DNA from: a virus
IMG/VR virus record: IMGVR_UViG_3300008050_000039
Location: 3,628 to 67,627 of that record
Strand: one strand, 5' to 3'
DNA length: 64,000 nt
Shown piece after piece: positions 20,181 to 31,663 of the stretch. Every line of letters starts with the position of its first letter. Position 1 is the first letter of the stretch. The position numbers were made by a program, and so were the translations under genes. The notes under the pieces are model-generated. The model worked only from the letters and a program-made list of their open reading frames with translations, did not search any database and was not told where the DNA came from.

Positions 20181-21007
20181 TCCTCTTCACCTCCGGTGAT
20201 AATAGCCTCTCCTTCATCGGGCATCATCAACCACGATACATCACAAACGGCTTTCTTTTCAGCCTTGAGCGTGGATTGACATTGAACATCAAACTCACCC
20301 CAATCATCCGGCCAACCATGAACGGCGGCATTATCCACACACACTTTACGGAATAAATCTGTCACCGCTCGTATTATTCTATTAGCGGGCGGGCTATCAA
20401 GAAGTGATGCCTCTTCGTTAGTAGTAAGGTGAAACTTAAATTGGATTTTGTTTCCTTTAATTACAGACTCCCCCACTCTAAATGAGAACAGCCTTTTTCC
20501 TTCGCTATTATTATAATAGCATATCCATCCTGTTGTATGAACAAAATTACCGTCTTTGGTGGGTAAGTTTAACCTGTCCCAATCCACCCATGTTCTCGCT
20601 GATTTACCGCGCAATCTCGGTGCTTTCTTTTTTATTATTTCGTTTTCATCAACGGTGTATAAGACGCCTTCGTAATTCGTGTCTTTCAACCTCTCGTTCA
20701 TATCATCCACTAATTCACGAAGTAGTGCCTTTTCTTTAGCCAATAATGAAGTGCCGAATATGAATCGTGTCGCACACCCAACCGGCCATTGATTAACTGA
20801 TAACACCGTCTTTGATTCTTCATAACCAAAATATAAATCATCTTCGGGCATTTTATTACCCCAATAATCAGTCGGCCTAAAGCCCGCATTGACTAATTGT
20901 TGTTGCAACAACAATGCTCTTTCTTTACTAAAGTTTTGTAATTTATACCCGATTGTTACTGCTCGCCATGCTTTTCGTTCCATTGTGCTTTCACTATCTC
21001 CATCCAT
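20177..21007 (-). CDS. hypothetical protein
   Basis: 276-aa ORF with overlapping start/stop. Confidence 0.6.
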   Translation of the reverse strand: MDGDSESTMERKAWRAVTIGYKLQNFSKERALLLQQQLVNAGFRPTDYWGNKMPEDDLYFGYEESKTVLSVNQWPVGCATRFIFGTSLLAKEKALLRELVDDMNERLKDTNYEGVLYTVDENEIIKKKAPRLRGKSARTWVDWDRLNLPTKDGNFVHTTGWICYYNNSEGKRLFSFRVGESVIKGNKIQFKFHLTTNEEASLLDSPPANRIIRAVTDLFRKVCVDNAAVHGWPDDWGEFDVQCQSTLKAEKKAVCDVSWLMMPDEGEAIITGGEEE

Positions 21008-21353
21008 CAGACAACACCCCCCGCATCGTATTCAATTTCATTTAACCAATCGGCAAAATCATCCATAAATACTATGAAGCGTTTATCCATTTTCATTTCT
21101 CCTGGTTTTTTATTTAGCGTCTTGGCAAACCATGACATAGTGCTATTTGTGACTGAAAGTTTGATACCATCCAATCCGTGTTCTGAACCTGCTTGTCTAA
21201 GGTGATAGCCCGACGGCATACTCTTTGTCTTACTGTAAATAGGCTTTGCCGACCACTTAAAGGGGCCACCTAACCACGATGGGGCATTTACGACATGGCG
21301 TAATGATACTTGCACCCCAAATCCGTTACCCAACATGAAAGTCATTTCTTCGT

Positions 21354-22346
21354 TCATTCAACCACCCCCTCAAAATTATTGACGATATTTTCCGCATTTT
21401 CAATTAATATCCGAGCCTCTTTCTCTTTCTCTTTTTCCCTATTGACCCTATCCGCCCATTCTCGTTGTCGTTCATCAATATAATTTTCAATCCATTGCAC
21501 ATTAAGCCATTCGTCAAGGTGTTTTTTGTCAGTTAGTAATTGATTTGTTATTTTGGTATGTTTTTTACGAAGGTTAAGGTAGTTATCCACATTAAGATTG
21601 ATATATGCTTGTATGTAATGGTAATTCGGTATGAGGATAGAACGGTCTATTTTGAATTGGTTTTTGAAAAGGTGCATCTTCGGTGTGCTATCCCTCATAT
21701 ATAACAAACGGTTATATGTATGATTTCGGTATATAGTATATCCATTCTCTTCAACATCTTCAATACTTCGGGGATAAACACGCTCATTATTATTATCCTT
21801 TTCAACCCACCACGAAGTAATAATCCTAGTGTTTATCACAACATCTCGCCCTTCTGTTGAACCAAGATTATTATTATTATCAAATACCCAATCTTCTAAT
21901 GATTCAATCTCTTCGGGTTCTGGGAAGGGAGTATTACGGAAATTGACTCCGCCTTTCTTTCCACTTGTAATATAATTCACGCGTGGGTGTTTCTTACGCA
22001 TTTCAATAGTGTGTTTAAGATAGGCCGGCCTTCTATCATTCCCTCGCGCCGCAGTTATTGCGAAGTATTTAGCCCAAGCCTTATTCCAAGCGATTATTGA
22101 TGTGGTGTTGGTGAAGTCATAATCCGATGGATTGATGGTGATATTGTTATGAGTATCTTTGACGCCATTTACCATAAGGTTCTCAATGATATGCCACTTA
22201 TCCTTTTCGTTCATGTCCCAAGAATAACCACCCAAACTCATTCGCTCACCTCCAAAAACGGGCCATCGTCTGTCGCACCTTTCGTAGCCACGCTTATATC
22301 GCTTGGTTCCCCTTCGTAAAGACCCATCTCTTCGCAAGCACCACAT
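21354..22346 (-). CDS. hypothetical protein (true start probably MSLGG near 22241)
   Basis: Long ORF, GGAGGTGA RBS before internal ATG. Confidence 0.55.
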   Translation of the reverse strand: MWCLRRDGSLRRGTKRYKRGYERCDRRWPVFGGERMSLGGYSWDMNEKDKWHIIENLMVNGVKDTHNNITINPSDYDFTNTTSIIAWNKAWAKYFAITAARGNDRRPAYLKHTIEMRKKHPRVNYITSGKKGGVNFRNTPFPEPEEIESLEDWVFDNNNNLGSTEGRDVVINTRIITSWWVEKDNNNERVYPRSIEDVEENGYTIYRNHTYNRLLYMRDSTPKMHLFKNQFKIDRSILIPNYHYIQAYINLNVDNYLNLRKKHTKITNQLLTDKKHLDEWLNVQWIENYIDERQREWADRVNREKEKEKEARILIENAENIVNNFEGVVE

Positions 22347-22474
22347 TGGGTTGCGCTGTCGTTGAACCTTATATCCAATTTCAATCCATTATATTCTATT
22401 TTCATATCATCACTTCCTTTTTTTGTCCTCTCGTATTTTGTCCTAACACTACTGGGCTTATAATCCTTCCTATA

Positions 22475-22495
22475 ACGCAGTTAACGAAAGCAAGA
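22475..22495 (-). promoter_or_regulatory. conserved upstream promoter motif copy 3
   Basis: acgcagttaacgaaagcaaga then GGAAGG-ATTATAAG. Confidence 0.8.
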
Positions 22496-22956
22496 ATTAA
22501 CATTTCCGATTCGCCGCTCATATTTGCCCAAGCCCCCTCAAAAACTCTCCGATGTCGTCATGAGCAAAGTATTCTTCGGCCAAATCTAACGCCTGTGTAA
22601 TGTTATCACAATCAACGAATGTTGGGCCACCACATGAAGGATATTTGAACCAATTATGCTTACAGCCTAATTTACCATCGTGATATTGAACCCCCCAATG
22701 GTGATGATTTTTTGTCTTTCGTATTGGCGTGATTATTACAACCCCAACCATACCGTCGTGCTTTTCAATTTTCATTGCTCTCATTCCTTCACCTCCAATA
22801 CTATACCGTATTCCTGTTCTAAACAATCCAAACAAATTACCTCATCTTTTTCGTTTTCTCTTATACTTTTAGTGGGAGAATTAACGACTTTGAATATACC
22901 AAACTTATAATCACAAGCATTGCCGCATTCACAACGAGGCGTCCCTGTTTCAGTCA

Positions 22957-24051
22957 TTATTCATCACCCTCCTTTTTGTCCTCAACGCCGAAGAAATCCG
23001 GCATAAGTAATTCCGCCGCCTTCTGTGATTTGGCCGCCGCTTTGAATATGAAATCAACCCCACCATCCTTCGCATCACGAATCTTTTTCATCCATGATTG
23101 GAGGTATGCCGCATGATTTTCCAAGCCCTCTTCTGCCATTTTATTTGGTATGGATATGGCCGCACAAAGCAATGCCGCACCCATCTCCGCCACTAATTCT
23201 TCGTGAGCATAATTTTCACTACCGAACATACCGGACATATCGCGATTGAGTCGGCCTGGATTTCCTGTCCAATGAGTCAATTCGTGAAGAATGGTTGAGA
23301 GTCGTCCCTCAATCGTCTTGAAATCATCACGCTTCGGCACTTGAACGAAGTCGCCACTAACCCTGTAAAAAGCCTTGCCGCCTTTCTCTCGGAAATCAAC
23401 ACCATTCATTTTGATAATCTCATCCACTTCGTTTTCAGCCTTGATTCTTCGCTTACCCTTGAGAGTCTTTGTCGCCTTTGGTTTTGGCAACGGTGGCAAC
23501 CCTGTTTGGTCGCGATTGAATACATTGAACCAATCCATCATAGGTATTTTCTTGAAAGAATCGGGGTCGTCTTTGTCGGGGAATACAAGCATATTCCAAT
23601 AGATAACTACCGTTGATTGTTGAGCCTTTTTGATACCATACCACTTGGTCGGTTTTTTCCAACGCTTACCGTCTTTGGTTTCAGCCCATTCCCATTCACC
23701 GTTCTTAATCGCGTGTGAAGTAGCAATCTTTTTCCATTGATTGAAGGTTCCCCATTCATTTGATTTGAAACCTTTGTCCATTGCTTCGCTTATTAACCAC
23801 CAAACATTGATGCCGCGATATGGCTTTTTAGCGGCTACACGCATAGGCAGACCACCAACGCCGCCTTCCCACGGCTTTTCCCACGGCCTAACGCCCTTTT
23901 TCATTTGCTTGATTATAGAGTTAGCAACCTGTTCTTTGATTTGCGCTCGTCGCTCTCGCTTGCTGTATTTCGCCTTTCCTTTACTCTTTGTCTTTGTGCC
24001 GGCCTTTGCCGCGCCCTGTCGGGTCTTTGTCTGTGTTTTATTCTTTGTCAT
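22957..24051 (-). CDS. ardC: ArdC-like antirestriction protein (ssDNA-binding N-domain + zincin-like metalloprotease)
   Basis: PWEKPW, YRGIN, WGTFNQW, FNVFNRDQ, HELTHWTG, YAHEELVAEMGA, HAAYLQSW. Confidence 0.9.
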   Translation of the reverse strand: MTKNKTQTKTRQGAAKAGTKTKSKGKAKYSKRERRAQIKEQVANSIIKQMKKGVRPWEKPWEGGVGGLPMRVAAKKPYRGINVWWLISEAMDKGFKSNEWGTFNQWKKIATSHAIKNGEWEWAETKDGKRWKKPTKWYGIKKAQQSTVVIYWNMLVFPDKDDPDSFKKIPMMDWFNVFNRDQTGLPPLPKPKATKTLKGKRRIKAENEVDEIIKMNGVDFREKGGKAFYRVSGDFVQVPKRDDFKTIEGRLSTILHELTHWTGNPGRLNRDMSGMFGSENYAHEELVAEMGAALLCAAISIPNKMAEEGLENHAAYLQSWMKKIRDAKDGGVDFIFKAAAKSQKAAELLMPDFFGVEDKKEGDE

Positions 24052-24138
24052 TTTATCACTTCCTTTTTATTTTTTGTTCTGCTCCAATATCTCTTCGCAT
24101 ATATATCCATTATACCACTACTATTTAACCTTTTCTGA

Positions 24139-24159
24139 ACGCAGTTAACGGAAGCAAGA
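24139..24159 (-). promoter_or_regulatory. conserved upstream promoter motif copy 4
   Basis: acgcagttaacggaagcaaga then AGAAAAG-GTTAAATA. Confidence 0.8.
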
Positions 24160-24602
24160 AATGGATTTACCATTAAAAAAATCCTGGTCATTCCCCCACC
24201 CCACAACATTTTCCACATCGGGCTTCACCTGCCTCTTCGTCATACCACCCATCCACGCCATCTAATTCGGGCATAAACTTGAGTCGCAAACTGCGCCCCG
24301 TTCCATCGTTCATTTGTAGTAATTCGTAACGGATAGAGTTTTCAAGTCGCTTCGGTAATTTGCGATTGTGAAATCGTGCCATATTTATCGCCTCTATATC
24401 CTCTTCGGGTGTCCACGCAGTAAAAATAACATGAAATATACATGACGGCACTTGAATATCACAAACAGGACATTTGAAGTTTAATTCCGCAATCTCTAAT
24501 CGGCCCCGTCTGCGCTCAAAGAAATATCCCAATTCTTCGGGTGCTATTTTTTTATCACCCTGCGGGCCTCGCGGGGGTATATTTTCAAAAGTTATTCCCA
24601 TA

Positions 24603-25214
24603 TTAATTTCCTCCCCATTGTTCAGCCATTGCTTCGGCAAACCCTTCAAATGTGATGCTTCGCTGTTTCCATCTGTCGGCTGACGGGCCAATATAATATA
24701 TCCGGCATCGTTCTTTCATTGGTAATTTTTTCGTTTCCGCTTTCAAATCCGATGTGGGTTTGAGTGGGTCTAAACCCTTGAGCCAAAGACAGGTCGCCTT
24801 CGTTTCTAAATGCCCAAACATATACGGTTGAATTAATTGAGTATATTTAAGACCACCGATACGCTCTATTGCGTATTTATGGGGTATTGGATTCTCAATA
24901 CATATTTTAGGAATATCAACATTGAGTAAGTAATTGAAGAAGTCGGCCGCTTCATCAAGGTCGTTCCATCTATCGGGGTCTTTATGCAACCACGATACAC
25001 CACTATTAGCAAAATATGTGCATGGGGGGTGGGCTATCAATAAATCCCATTTTAGATTCATGGCGATAACTTCGCGAATATCATTTTGAAAATGATACGG
25101 CGAACCATCATCAGCAGGGAGCAAATCACAAGACCAAGCATTGTGGCCCCTTTTTCTAAACGCTTCGCGAACAACACCACTAAACTCACACGCAACCAAA
25201 ACTCTTAACCTCAT
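24603..25214 (-). CDS. short C5-cytosine DNA methyltransferase-like protein
   Basis: VLVACEFSG (motif I variant), WSCD, AHPPCT (catalytic PC), IENP, AEAMAEQWG. Confidence 0.8.
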   Translation of the reverse strand: MRLRVLVACEFSGVVREAFRKRGHNAWSCDLLPADDGSPYHFQNDIREVIAMNLKWDLLIAHPPCTYFANSGVSWLHKDPDRWNDLDEAADFFNYLLNVDIPKICIENPIPHKYAIERIGGLKYTQLIQPYMFGHLETKATCLWLKGLDPLKPTSDLKAETKKLPMKERCRIYYIGPSADRWKQRSITFEGFAEAMAEQWGGN

Positions 25215-25987
25215 AGTTCACCACACATCCCCAATTTTATTTGTTCCTCAACAGTCCAATAGACCCACTCGGCCCATGTATCATTGAGGAAATAATCTTT
25301 TTGCTCGCCCTCTTTGAATGGTCGGATTTTATACCATACTTCACCTTTAACCCATCTCCAATCAATTTTCTGACCTTCACCATTAGGGGAATATCGCCCG
25401 TTTGAGAAGTTCCATAATGTTTGATGAATAACCGACCCATCGGCCCAATCACTAAAAGCGATTTCAACCATGCGTTCTGGGGTATAGGCTTTGGCATTAA
25501 TAACCAATTTTTTCCAATTATTAGGGTTCATATCAACCTTCATTGTTCATCACCTTCAACCTGCTCCCATTGTTCAAAAATGTATGTCGGCGTTTTTATT
25601 CTGTATAATAATATCATATTTATTCCCCCTCAAATCTCGTATAGTGAAAAGTTCCAAGCATTACCCAATTCAAAGTAATAACCGCATTCCCGCAACACAA
25701 TGTTCAATTCCTCTCTCAATTTCCATCTATTGCGGTCGCCATAATTCAAAGCCTCATAGACTGCCCCTTCAAAGGTGCAGGTAATCGTATCATCATTGGC
25801 GTATTCGGTATAGTCGCTGGCCTTAATGTCTTTGATAATATATTTTTTGCCATTCTGCCAAGCCCACGCTTGATTATTAAAGTAAATGCGGGTATCAGCA
25901 ATGTGGGGTGAATTATCCCAAGAGTATTCTTTGCTCATCTTTTTGAATACGGCTTCAATTTTTTGTGCGATTTTGTATTTTCTCATT

Positions 25988-26554
25988 CTATCGCCCCCCG
26001 AACCCGAACATTTCATTGAAAAGTGCATTTTTGAAATCCTGTGCGGCATCACTACGGTTTAGATGGCTACCATCAGAATATCGCCTAATATCATCATAAT
26101 ACTCAAGGCAAAGAAAGTTCTCGGCATAATTTTCCATGAAGGTTTTATGCGCCCCGCATAGATTAATTCCCGCGCCATCCCACCAATCGTGATAACGGTA
26201 TTCAATTCGCCCGCCGTCGTGAAATCTGATTTCATCGGATGGCCCGCCGTATGACAATTGGTATCGCCAATAACCATAAATCTCGTCGCAATCCTCTTCG
26301 GGATATTCTTCGTCGCAATCGCACCAAGTATGAGGCTTGACATAATCAAGGCATAAACCGTATTCATTCGGTTCCCCATCCTCTTCGGGCTTATACCCCT
26401 CTTCGTTGTATTCCTCTTCGTATTCACCTTCGTTAAACTTTACGAAGTCTGTCATTCTGCTATCCCATCGGTCATTGATTAGGTCAGCGCATTTCGGTTG
26501 TTCTGATGCCCCCTGTTGGACTTGGCTATTCTCTTTGTTTATTTCATCTGTCAT
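25988..26554 (-). CDS. acidic hypothetical protein
   Basis: YWRYQLSYGGPSDEIRF...YHDWWDGA; N-terminal SQVQQGAS; first gene after motif copy 5. Confidence 0.65.
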   Translation of the reverse strand: MTDEINKENSQVQQGASEQPKCADLINDRWDSRMTDFVKFNEGEYEEEYNEEGYKPEEDGEPNEYGLCLDYVKPHTWCDCDEEYPEEDCDEIYGYWRYQLSYGGPSDEIRFHDGGRIEYRYHDWWDGAGINLCGAHKTFMENYAENFLCLEYYDDIRRYSDGSHLNRSDAAQDFKNALFNEMFGFGGR

Positions 26555-26608
26555 TTTTATTCCCCCTGTTGATTCTCCCTCACCTTACTACTATTTAACC
26601 CCTTCGCA

Positions 26609-26629
26609 ACGCAGTTAACGGAAGCAAGA
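26609..26629 (-). promoter_or_regulatory. conserved upstream promoter motif copy 5
   Basis: acgcagttaacggaagcaaga then GCGAAGGG-GTTAAATA. Confidence 0.8.
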
Positions 26630-28051
26630 TTCCTGGTGATTTTGTAAAAAATTAATATCTGTGGCGTGTCATACATTCGGTATCGGATTTGCCATGTATG
26701 AGGCTGTCGCGCAAAAGACCATTTGATATATCGCGTGTGCGGGTTTTCCCATTTCCCACAAGTAAGAATTGTGTCCGGCTTCATATTAATTCTCCCCCTT
26801 TTTTCTGATTTTGTCGTCCGGTTTCATGCTGATAGGAATTGTTCCTATATCTAACTCTAACTCTCCCCAAACATTTATCCGCTTTGGGATAGCGGGGTCG
26901 GACATTAATTCGTCTTTGAATAATACCTTTTCACATTTGACGCAAATTAATTTCAAATCGTTGCCTTTGGTGGTTCGCGTGAGTCTTTGTGAGGGTTTTA
27001 ATTTCCTTACCCCTGCCATCGGGAAACGACTACGGTTTCCGCACCGCTCGCACTTTTGGGGTAGTAATGGTCTTTCATTCTCCATATACACACCACCTGC
27101 TACAATCTCGGCAAATAACAACGGTTGTGATACGACCCGCGACCAATCTCTCAACATGAGCGCAAGACAATTCCGGCGGGAAAACTGGATTCGCACAATT
27201 ACAACCATAGACGAAATGCCCGCCATGCGAGCCGACTTTTCGTGGCCCTATATTTATGAAGTAATCTTTTTTTGATACACTTTTCATTTTGTCAATCATC
27301 AAGCATCACCCCATCTTTGAATACGAAGCCGCTCGCCCGACAATTCGGTGACATTAAACTTCGTGGGCGCGAACCCAAGTGCTTCAACCTTGACATACAT
27401 TTGTTTTTGGCGCAACCCCGTTGGATATGTGATAATTCTCCAATTTGAGAGTTTAGTGACTTTGATATTGAAAATCTCACCCTGTTTAGCGTTATGTTCT
27501 TCGCCTATGACTTCGGCAACCTCTTTCAAAACCTGCTGTGTGGTTTTGTATTGATTACGGCCAAATACCTTATCCCTGTGTTTTTTATATTTTTTATATT
27601 CATTACGATTCATAATTTCAAGCCTCCCTTATTGTGTGGCAATAGGTTGTAGTTTCTTCCATTTCATATTTTGGCTCAAGCAATTTACGAAGGGGCGTGA
27701 CATAATCCGACCCCATATAACTCGCCTCACCATTACTACTGAACAAATCATAGAGAACCCCACCATCATATACTAAGTGGAGCAAACCTTCAACCGGAAC
27801 ATCGTGATAAGTGATATTACCCCCGCGACCTCTTGAAATCGGGTAAGAAAAAGTGTTTTCAAATAATCGGCAACCACTTGACATACCGTTAAGCCCTTCG
27901 TCAACCCTTTTCACCCCATCATCGTCAACCCACTTAAAAGTAAATCGCTTGTGTAAGTATTTCCTAATTTTCTTGGCTAACCTTTGTGCCTTAGCGGGTA
28001 GGTGTCCAATGTGGAAATCCTTATGCCATCCGTCGTCAATTTTATTATCGC

Positions 28052-28270
28052 TCATGGTTTCACCCACAAACTCAAACAACGGCCGCATCGGTAATATGGT
28101 AATTTATTCTTTGTGCGCTTGAGTAAATCCTTGTTGAGAACCGGCTGTTCACATTCACACCTTAGCGGTGCGATACCGTGTTCATTGACACAATCGGTTT
28201 CCCAAAGTGTCGGCTTTTCTTTTGTTGACCCCTGTTGGTCTTGGCTATCTGTGTTTTTTACATCTTTCAT
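28052..28270 (-). CDS. small Zn-finger protein with MKDVKN/SQDQQGS N-terminus
   Basis: CECE...CGRC; start placed at MKDVKN. Confidence 0.55.
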   Translation of the reverse strand: MKDVKNTDSQDQQGSTKEKPTLWETDCVNEHGIAPLRCECEQPVLNKDLLKRTKNKLPYYRCGRCLSLWVKP

Positions 28271-28356
28271 TTTTTCACATCCTGTTTTGGGGGTGGTTGT
28301 TTGTGTTCCCCCTCTCACAATTAGTCCTTGTTTTCCAAGTTAATAAACCTTTCGCA

Positions 28357-28375
28357 ACGCAGTTAACGGAAGCAA
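28357..28375 (-). promoter_or_regulatory. conserved upstream promoter motif copy 6
   Basis: acgcagttaacggaagcaa then GCGAAAG-GTTTATTA. Confidence 0.8.
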
Positions 28376-28381
28376 CGGGCA

Positions 28382-30259
28382 TTAATCCTTATATTTTCGC
28401 ATTATCTCACCCCACTTTACGCGATTCACGATAAGCGATTCGTCGCCCTTGAATGAATCCTTCTTCTTGGCGGTTGCCCGCTCAATGTTGATAGTCATAC
28501 CGAGTCGTGGTATATTTGCTGATGATGAGAACCATTTTAAGTCGCCCTTCGCGCTACGCATGAGAACGATTGTTCCGTCGCCATACATAGAATTATAACC
28601 ACGCGTCATTATAACTTCGGCTTCAATGCCGCCGATTTTATCTCCGATTTCGGCCGGATATGCTACCGTATTTTCAGTTTTCGTCTTTGCTTTCAATTTT
28701 TCATCAGCCTGTCGCTTGAACCAATTCGCCCAACAAACATACATTGAGGCGGCGAATGAGGCAGACTTAGAATCCACAATTCCCGCTTCATAAATTGTAA
28801 TTAAATTACGCTCAAAGGTTGAACGCCAATCCTTAAAATTATTTTTAGAGCCACCCGCGAAGTGCTTATCCATGAAATCAAGAACCGAATTAGTAATGAA
28901 CCGAGTCGTTTCACTTGGTTGAGCATTTTCACCCACCAAATCAAGCCACCCACCAAATATCATTTTCCCTTTGCGGTCAATATGATAGATGAACCATTCA
29001 TAGAGTATTTTACGCCCCTCCACTTGATTTTTTATGGCCTTCGTATTATTGCTAATTTCAACATTGAGTAAATGTTTGCCCGAACCTTTTTCATACGCAC
29101 CACGCGCCGAATAATATGAACAGGCGATTTCCAAAAATCGGTTCAATGAATAAACGGGGCGTTCTTTCGCACCCGCACCACCGCCCGCACCTTGATATTC
29201 ATGCGAACCCTTCAAAGTGTGCTGGATATTATACAATTTTTCAAGCATATTCGGGTCAATGTTCGTGTATTCAAAGAGGCAGGTCGTGCCGACAAACCGA
29301 ACCCGTTTTCGCTTTTTGTGCATGACGGCGATTAATTTATTTCGCTTTCGTTTTACTGAACAATGGTCGCAATGATGAGGATATTTTTTAGGTGCTTTTT
29401 TAGACAGCATTTCGTCACCGATTTTAGATATTGAGGGAACGGTTCGCATGATAACAGGATTACCTTTTTCACCGCCGCCAATCGGTTCAATCGTTGCCAA
29501 TACCTCCCAATCGGATTTACCGAATAAATCGTGCTTGACTATGACTTTTGACTGCCGTTGAACCTTTCTAATTTTCAGCATGGTTTCGTCGGTATTTTCA
29601 CCATAGGCTTGATATTCATAGGGTTCGCCACCGGAAGCGGTCAACCGCATTTCTGTCTTTTTCACCCAATTAAAATCGGGGGGATATTGAAGGTGAAAAT
29701 CAGTAATCCAAATATAACGCGGCGGCTCTTCATCCTGTTCGCCGCCTTCGTGCCAATTTTGCCAAGCATACGACTCAATATAAGAGTCTAATGATTGAAA
29801 TAGACTACCGTTGGTATTTTGTGAGAACATACTCGGCCGATATTTCATTGCTGGATTGCTTTTTGAGGGTTTCCACAAACCTATTCGCTTCAATTTGTTA
29901 AACTGCCGTTTATGCACTTGAGGCGTGACATACCACGCCCCCAAATCCACAATTCCTGGCTCACCGATTTCCCATTCAAAACGGATTTTCCGCGAGTCTG
30001 CCGCTCTTTGAATGCGTTTTAACAATTTTTTGATTGATGGAACGCGCTGTGGCGGGACTGAAAATCTCATCGTTTTAATCATGCGACCACCCCCGCGATA
30101 ACCAATACCCCATGAATACTCATGCCGGCCATTGTTGTTAATGTTGTGATTGTGAAAAGCGTTAGCCACGATACCGAAAACGGTATTTTCATTTTCAAAC
30201 ATTTGATGCCTTGCCATGTAGCCCACACAATAAATGCCGGCAACATAAACGACAAACAA
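28382..30259 (-). CDS. large hypothetical protein with Zn site and C-terminal OB-like domain (start probably near 30082)
   Basis: CDHCSVKRKR...VGTTCL; C-terminal YGDGTIV...LKWFSS...VNRVK. Confidence 0.65.
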   Translation of the reverse strand: MFVVYVAGIYCVGYMARHQMFENENTVFGIVANAFHNHNINNNGRHEYSWGIGYRGGGRMIKTMRFSVPPQRVPSIKKLLKRIQRAADSRKIRFEWEIGEPGIVDLGAWYVTPQVHKRQFNKLKRIGLWKPSKSNPAMKYRPSMFSQNTNGSLFQSLDSYIESYAWQNWHEGGEQDEEPPRYIWITDFHLQYPPDFNWVKKTEMRLTASGGEPYEYQAYGENTDETMLKIRKVQRQSKVIVKHDLFGKSDWEVLATIEPIGGGEKGNPVIMRTVPSISKIGDEMLSKKAPKKYPHHCDHCSVKRKRNKLIAVMHKKRKRVRFVGTTCLFEYTNIDPNMLEKLYNIQHTLKGSHEYQGAGGGAGAKERPVYSLNRFLEIACSYYSARGAYEKGSGKHLLNVEISNNTKAIKNQVEGRKILYEWFIYHIDRKGKMIFGGWLDLVGENAQPSETTRFITNSVLDFMDKHFAGGSKNNFKDWRSTFERNLITIYEAGIVDSKSASFAASMYVCWANWFKRQADEKLKAKTKTENTVAYPAEIGDKIGGIEAEVIMTRGYNSMYGDGTIVLMRSAKGDLKWFSSSANIPRLGMTINIERATAKKKDSFKGDESLIVNRVKWGEIMRKYKD

Positions 30260-30405
30260 ATACCACCCATGATAGGATAATTATAAACCACCCTGTCATA
30301 GATTCGTCCAGTTTTTTCACTCAATTTTTTCAATTTTTCATTTAACATTTCAATCCCCCCTTTCTTAATTCTAAAGAATAAGTGTGGGTTAATAAGGTTT
30401 GTGCT

Positions 30406-30425
30406 ACGCAGTTAACGGAAGCAAG
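30406..30425 (-). promoter_or_regulatory. conserved upstream promoter motif copy 7
   Basis: acgcagttaacggaagcaag then ACAAAC-CTTATTAA. Confidence 0.8.
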
Positions 30426-30447
30426 CCCAGGTTTTTTATCAGTCATT

Positions 30448-31182
30448 TTATTCATCCCCCTGTGTAACGCGTTTGACCCTGTGAATAGACTGGATTCGTT
30501 GTTGACGGGTTGAGCGCGTCCAATCGTGCATTTCGCCGGCTCGCGCTGTGAAAACATGGCTCGCGGTTTTTATTAAGAATATACCGCGCTTTGGCAACGC
30601 GTCTTTGATTTTGCCGACGGTTTTCACCATTGAAAGTGGGTGCTTGAGCAATTTTTTGAACGGTTCATAATTGGTATCGTAGTCGGAAATATGAGGCATC
30701 CTTTCAATGGCGAAGCCGAATGATTTGATGGCCGCGTGATATTTACCGGCATTGCTACCTTTTCTGAATATCCGCCCCCGTAGCGCGAGCGCGCCATGCG
30801 CCTCTTCATAAGTGACGCCGCACGCAATCGCGGTGGCTTTTACGGTGCAATCGTTAGTTTCGCCCCAATGTTTTGAACGCTTATCCATTTTTTGATAGAG
30901 TTTTGTTTCCTTTGGCGCGGGTGGTTTTGGTGCTGAGCCGCGTCGCTTGATTTTTCGTGGATTCTTTGGCCCTTCATCATAATAACCGACTATATGGTGA
31001 TAAGAATATGGCTCGCGTTTGTTAATTTGCGTATCGCCACATTTACAATGAAGCCCTTTGGTTTTTGACTCGTAAAGTGGATGGCCGCAAAATTGATTTG
31101 AGCCGTTTTCGCGCTTTCTCCAACCATGATACATGGGATAGTCGCCGCCATACCAATCTTGATAGTATGCTCGCTTAGACAT
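30448..31182 (-). CDS. basic protein with putative papain-like Cys-His-Asp core
   Basis: NDCTVKATAIA...SHVFTA...HDW. Confidence 0.45.
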   Translation of the reverse strand: MSKRAYYQDWYGGDYPMYHGWRKRENGSNQFCGHPLYESKTKGLHCKCGDTQINKREPYSYHHIVGYYDEGPKNPRKIKRRGSAPKPPAPKETKLYQKMDKRSKHWGETNDCTVKATAIACGVTYEEAHGALALRGRIFRKGSNAGKYHAAIKSFGFAIERMPHISDYDTNYEPFKKLLKHPLSMVKTVGKIKDALPKRGIFLIKTASHVFTARAGEMHDWTRSTRQQRIQSIHRVKRVTQGDE

Positions 31183-31663
31183 TTTTACTCACCTCATAAC
31201 TTTCGCTGATGGATAATTTACCCATATCATTTTCGTCAATTTCAAGCACTAAATGATTTTCATCACAAAGCGGGCAACGCATCATAACATAGTATTTCCA
31301 TAACATATTTTCACTAAAATTGTGACCTTTTTCAATGGTGATTAGGCTTGGGATTATGAATCGTGGAGATTTTAACTTTGAACAACAATCCCATTCAAAG
31401 TTTTTGCGGAAATCCCACACCATATTTCGTAAGTTTTTGTCCGTTGTCATTTCAGACGCACCCCCGAATCATGCGTGAGGCGCGTGAGATGATTTTTGAA
31501 CCAAGCCAAACGGCCCGACCTTCTGAATCACGATTTTCGGGAACGACCCATTCAAGGGCAACGGCTTGACCTATACGGTTCATAGTGACCCATGCGCGGC
31601 GACCGTCGGGATTTGTGATGGCGACGGCGGTTTGCGCGTCATTGATTTGCATTTTGAAATCAC

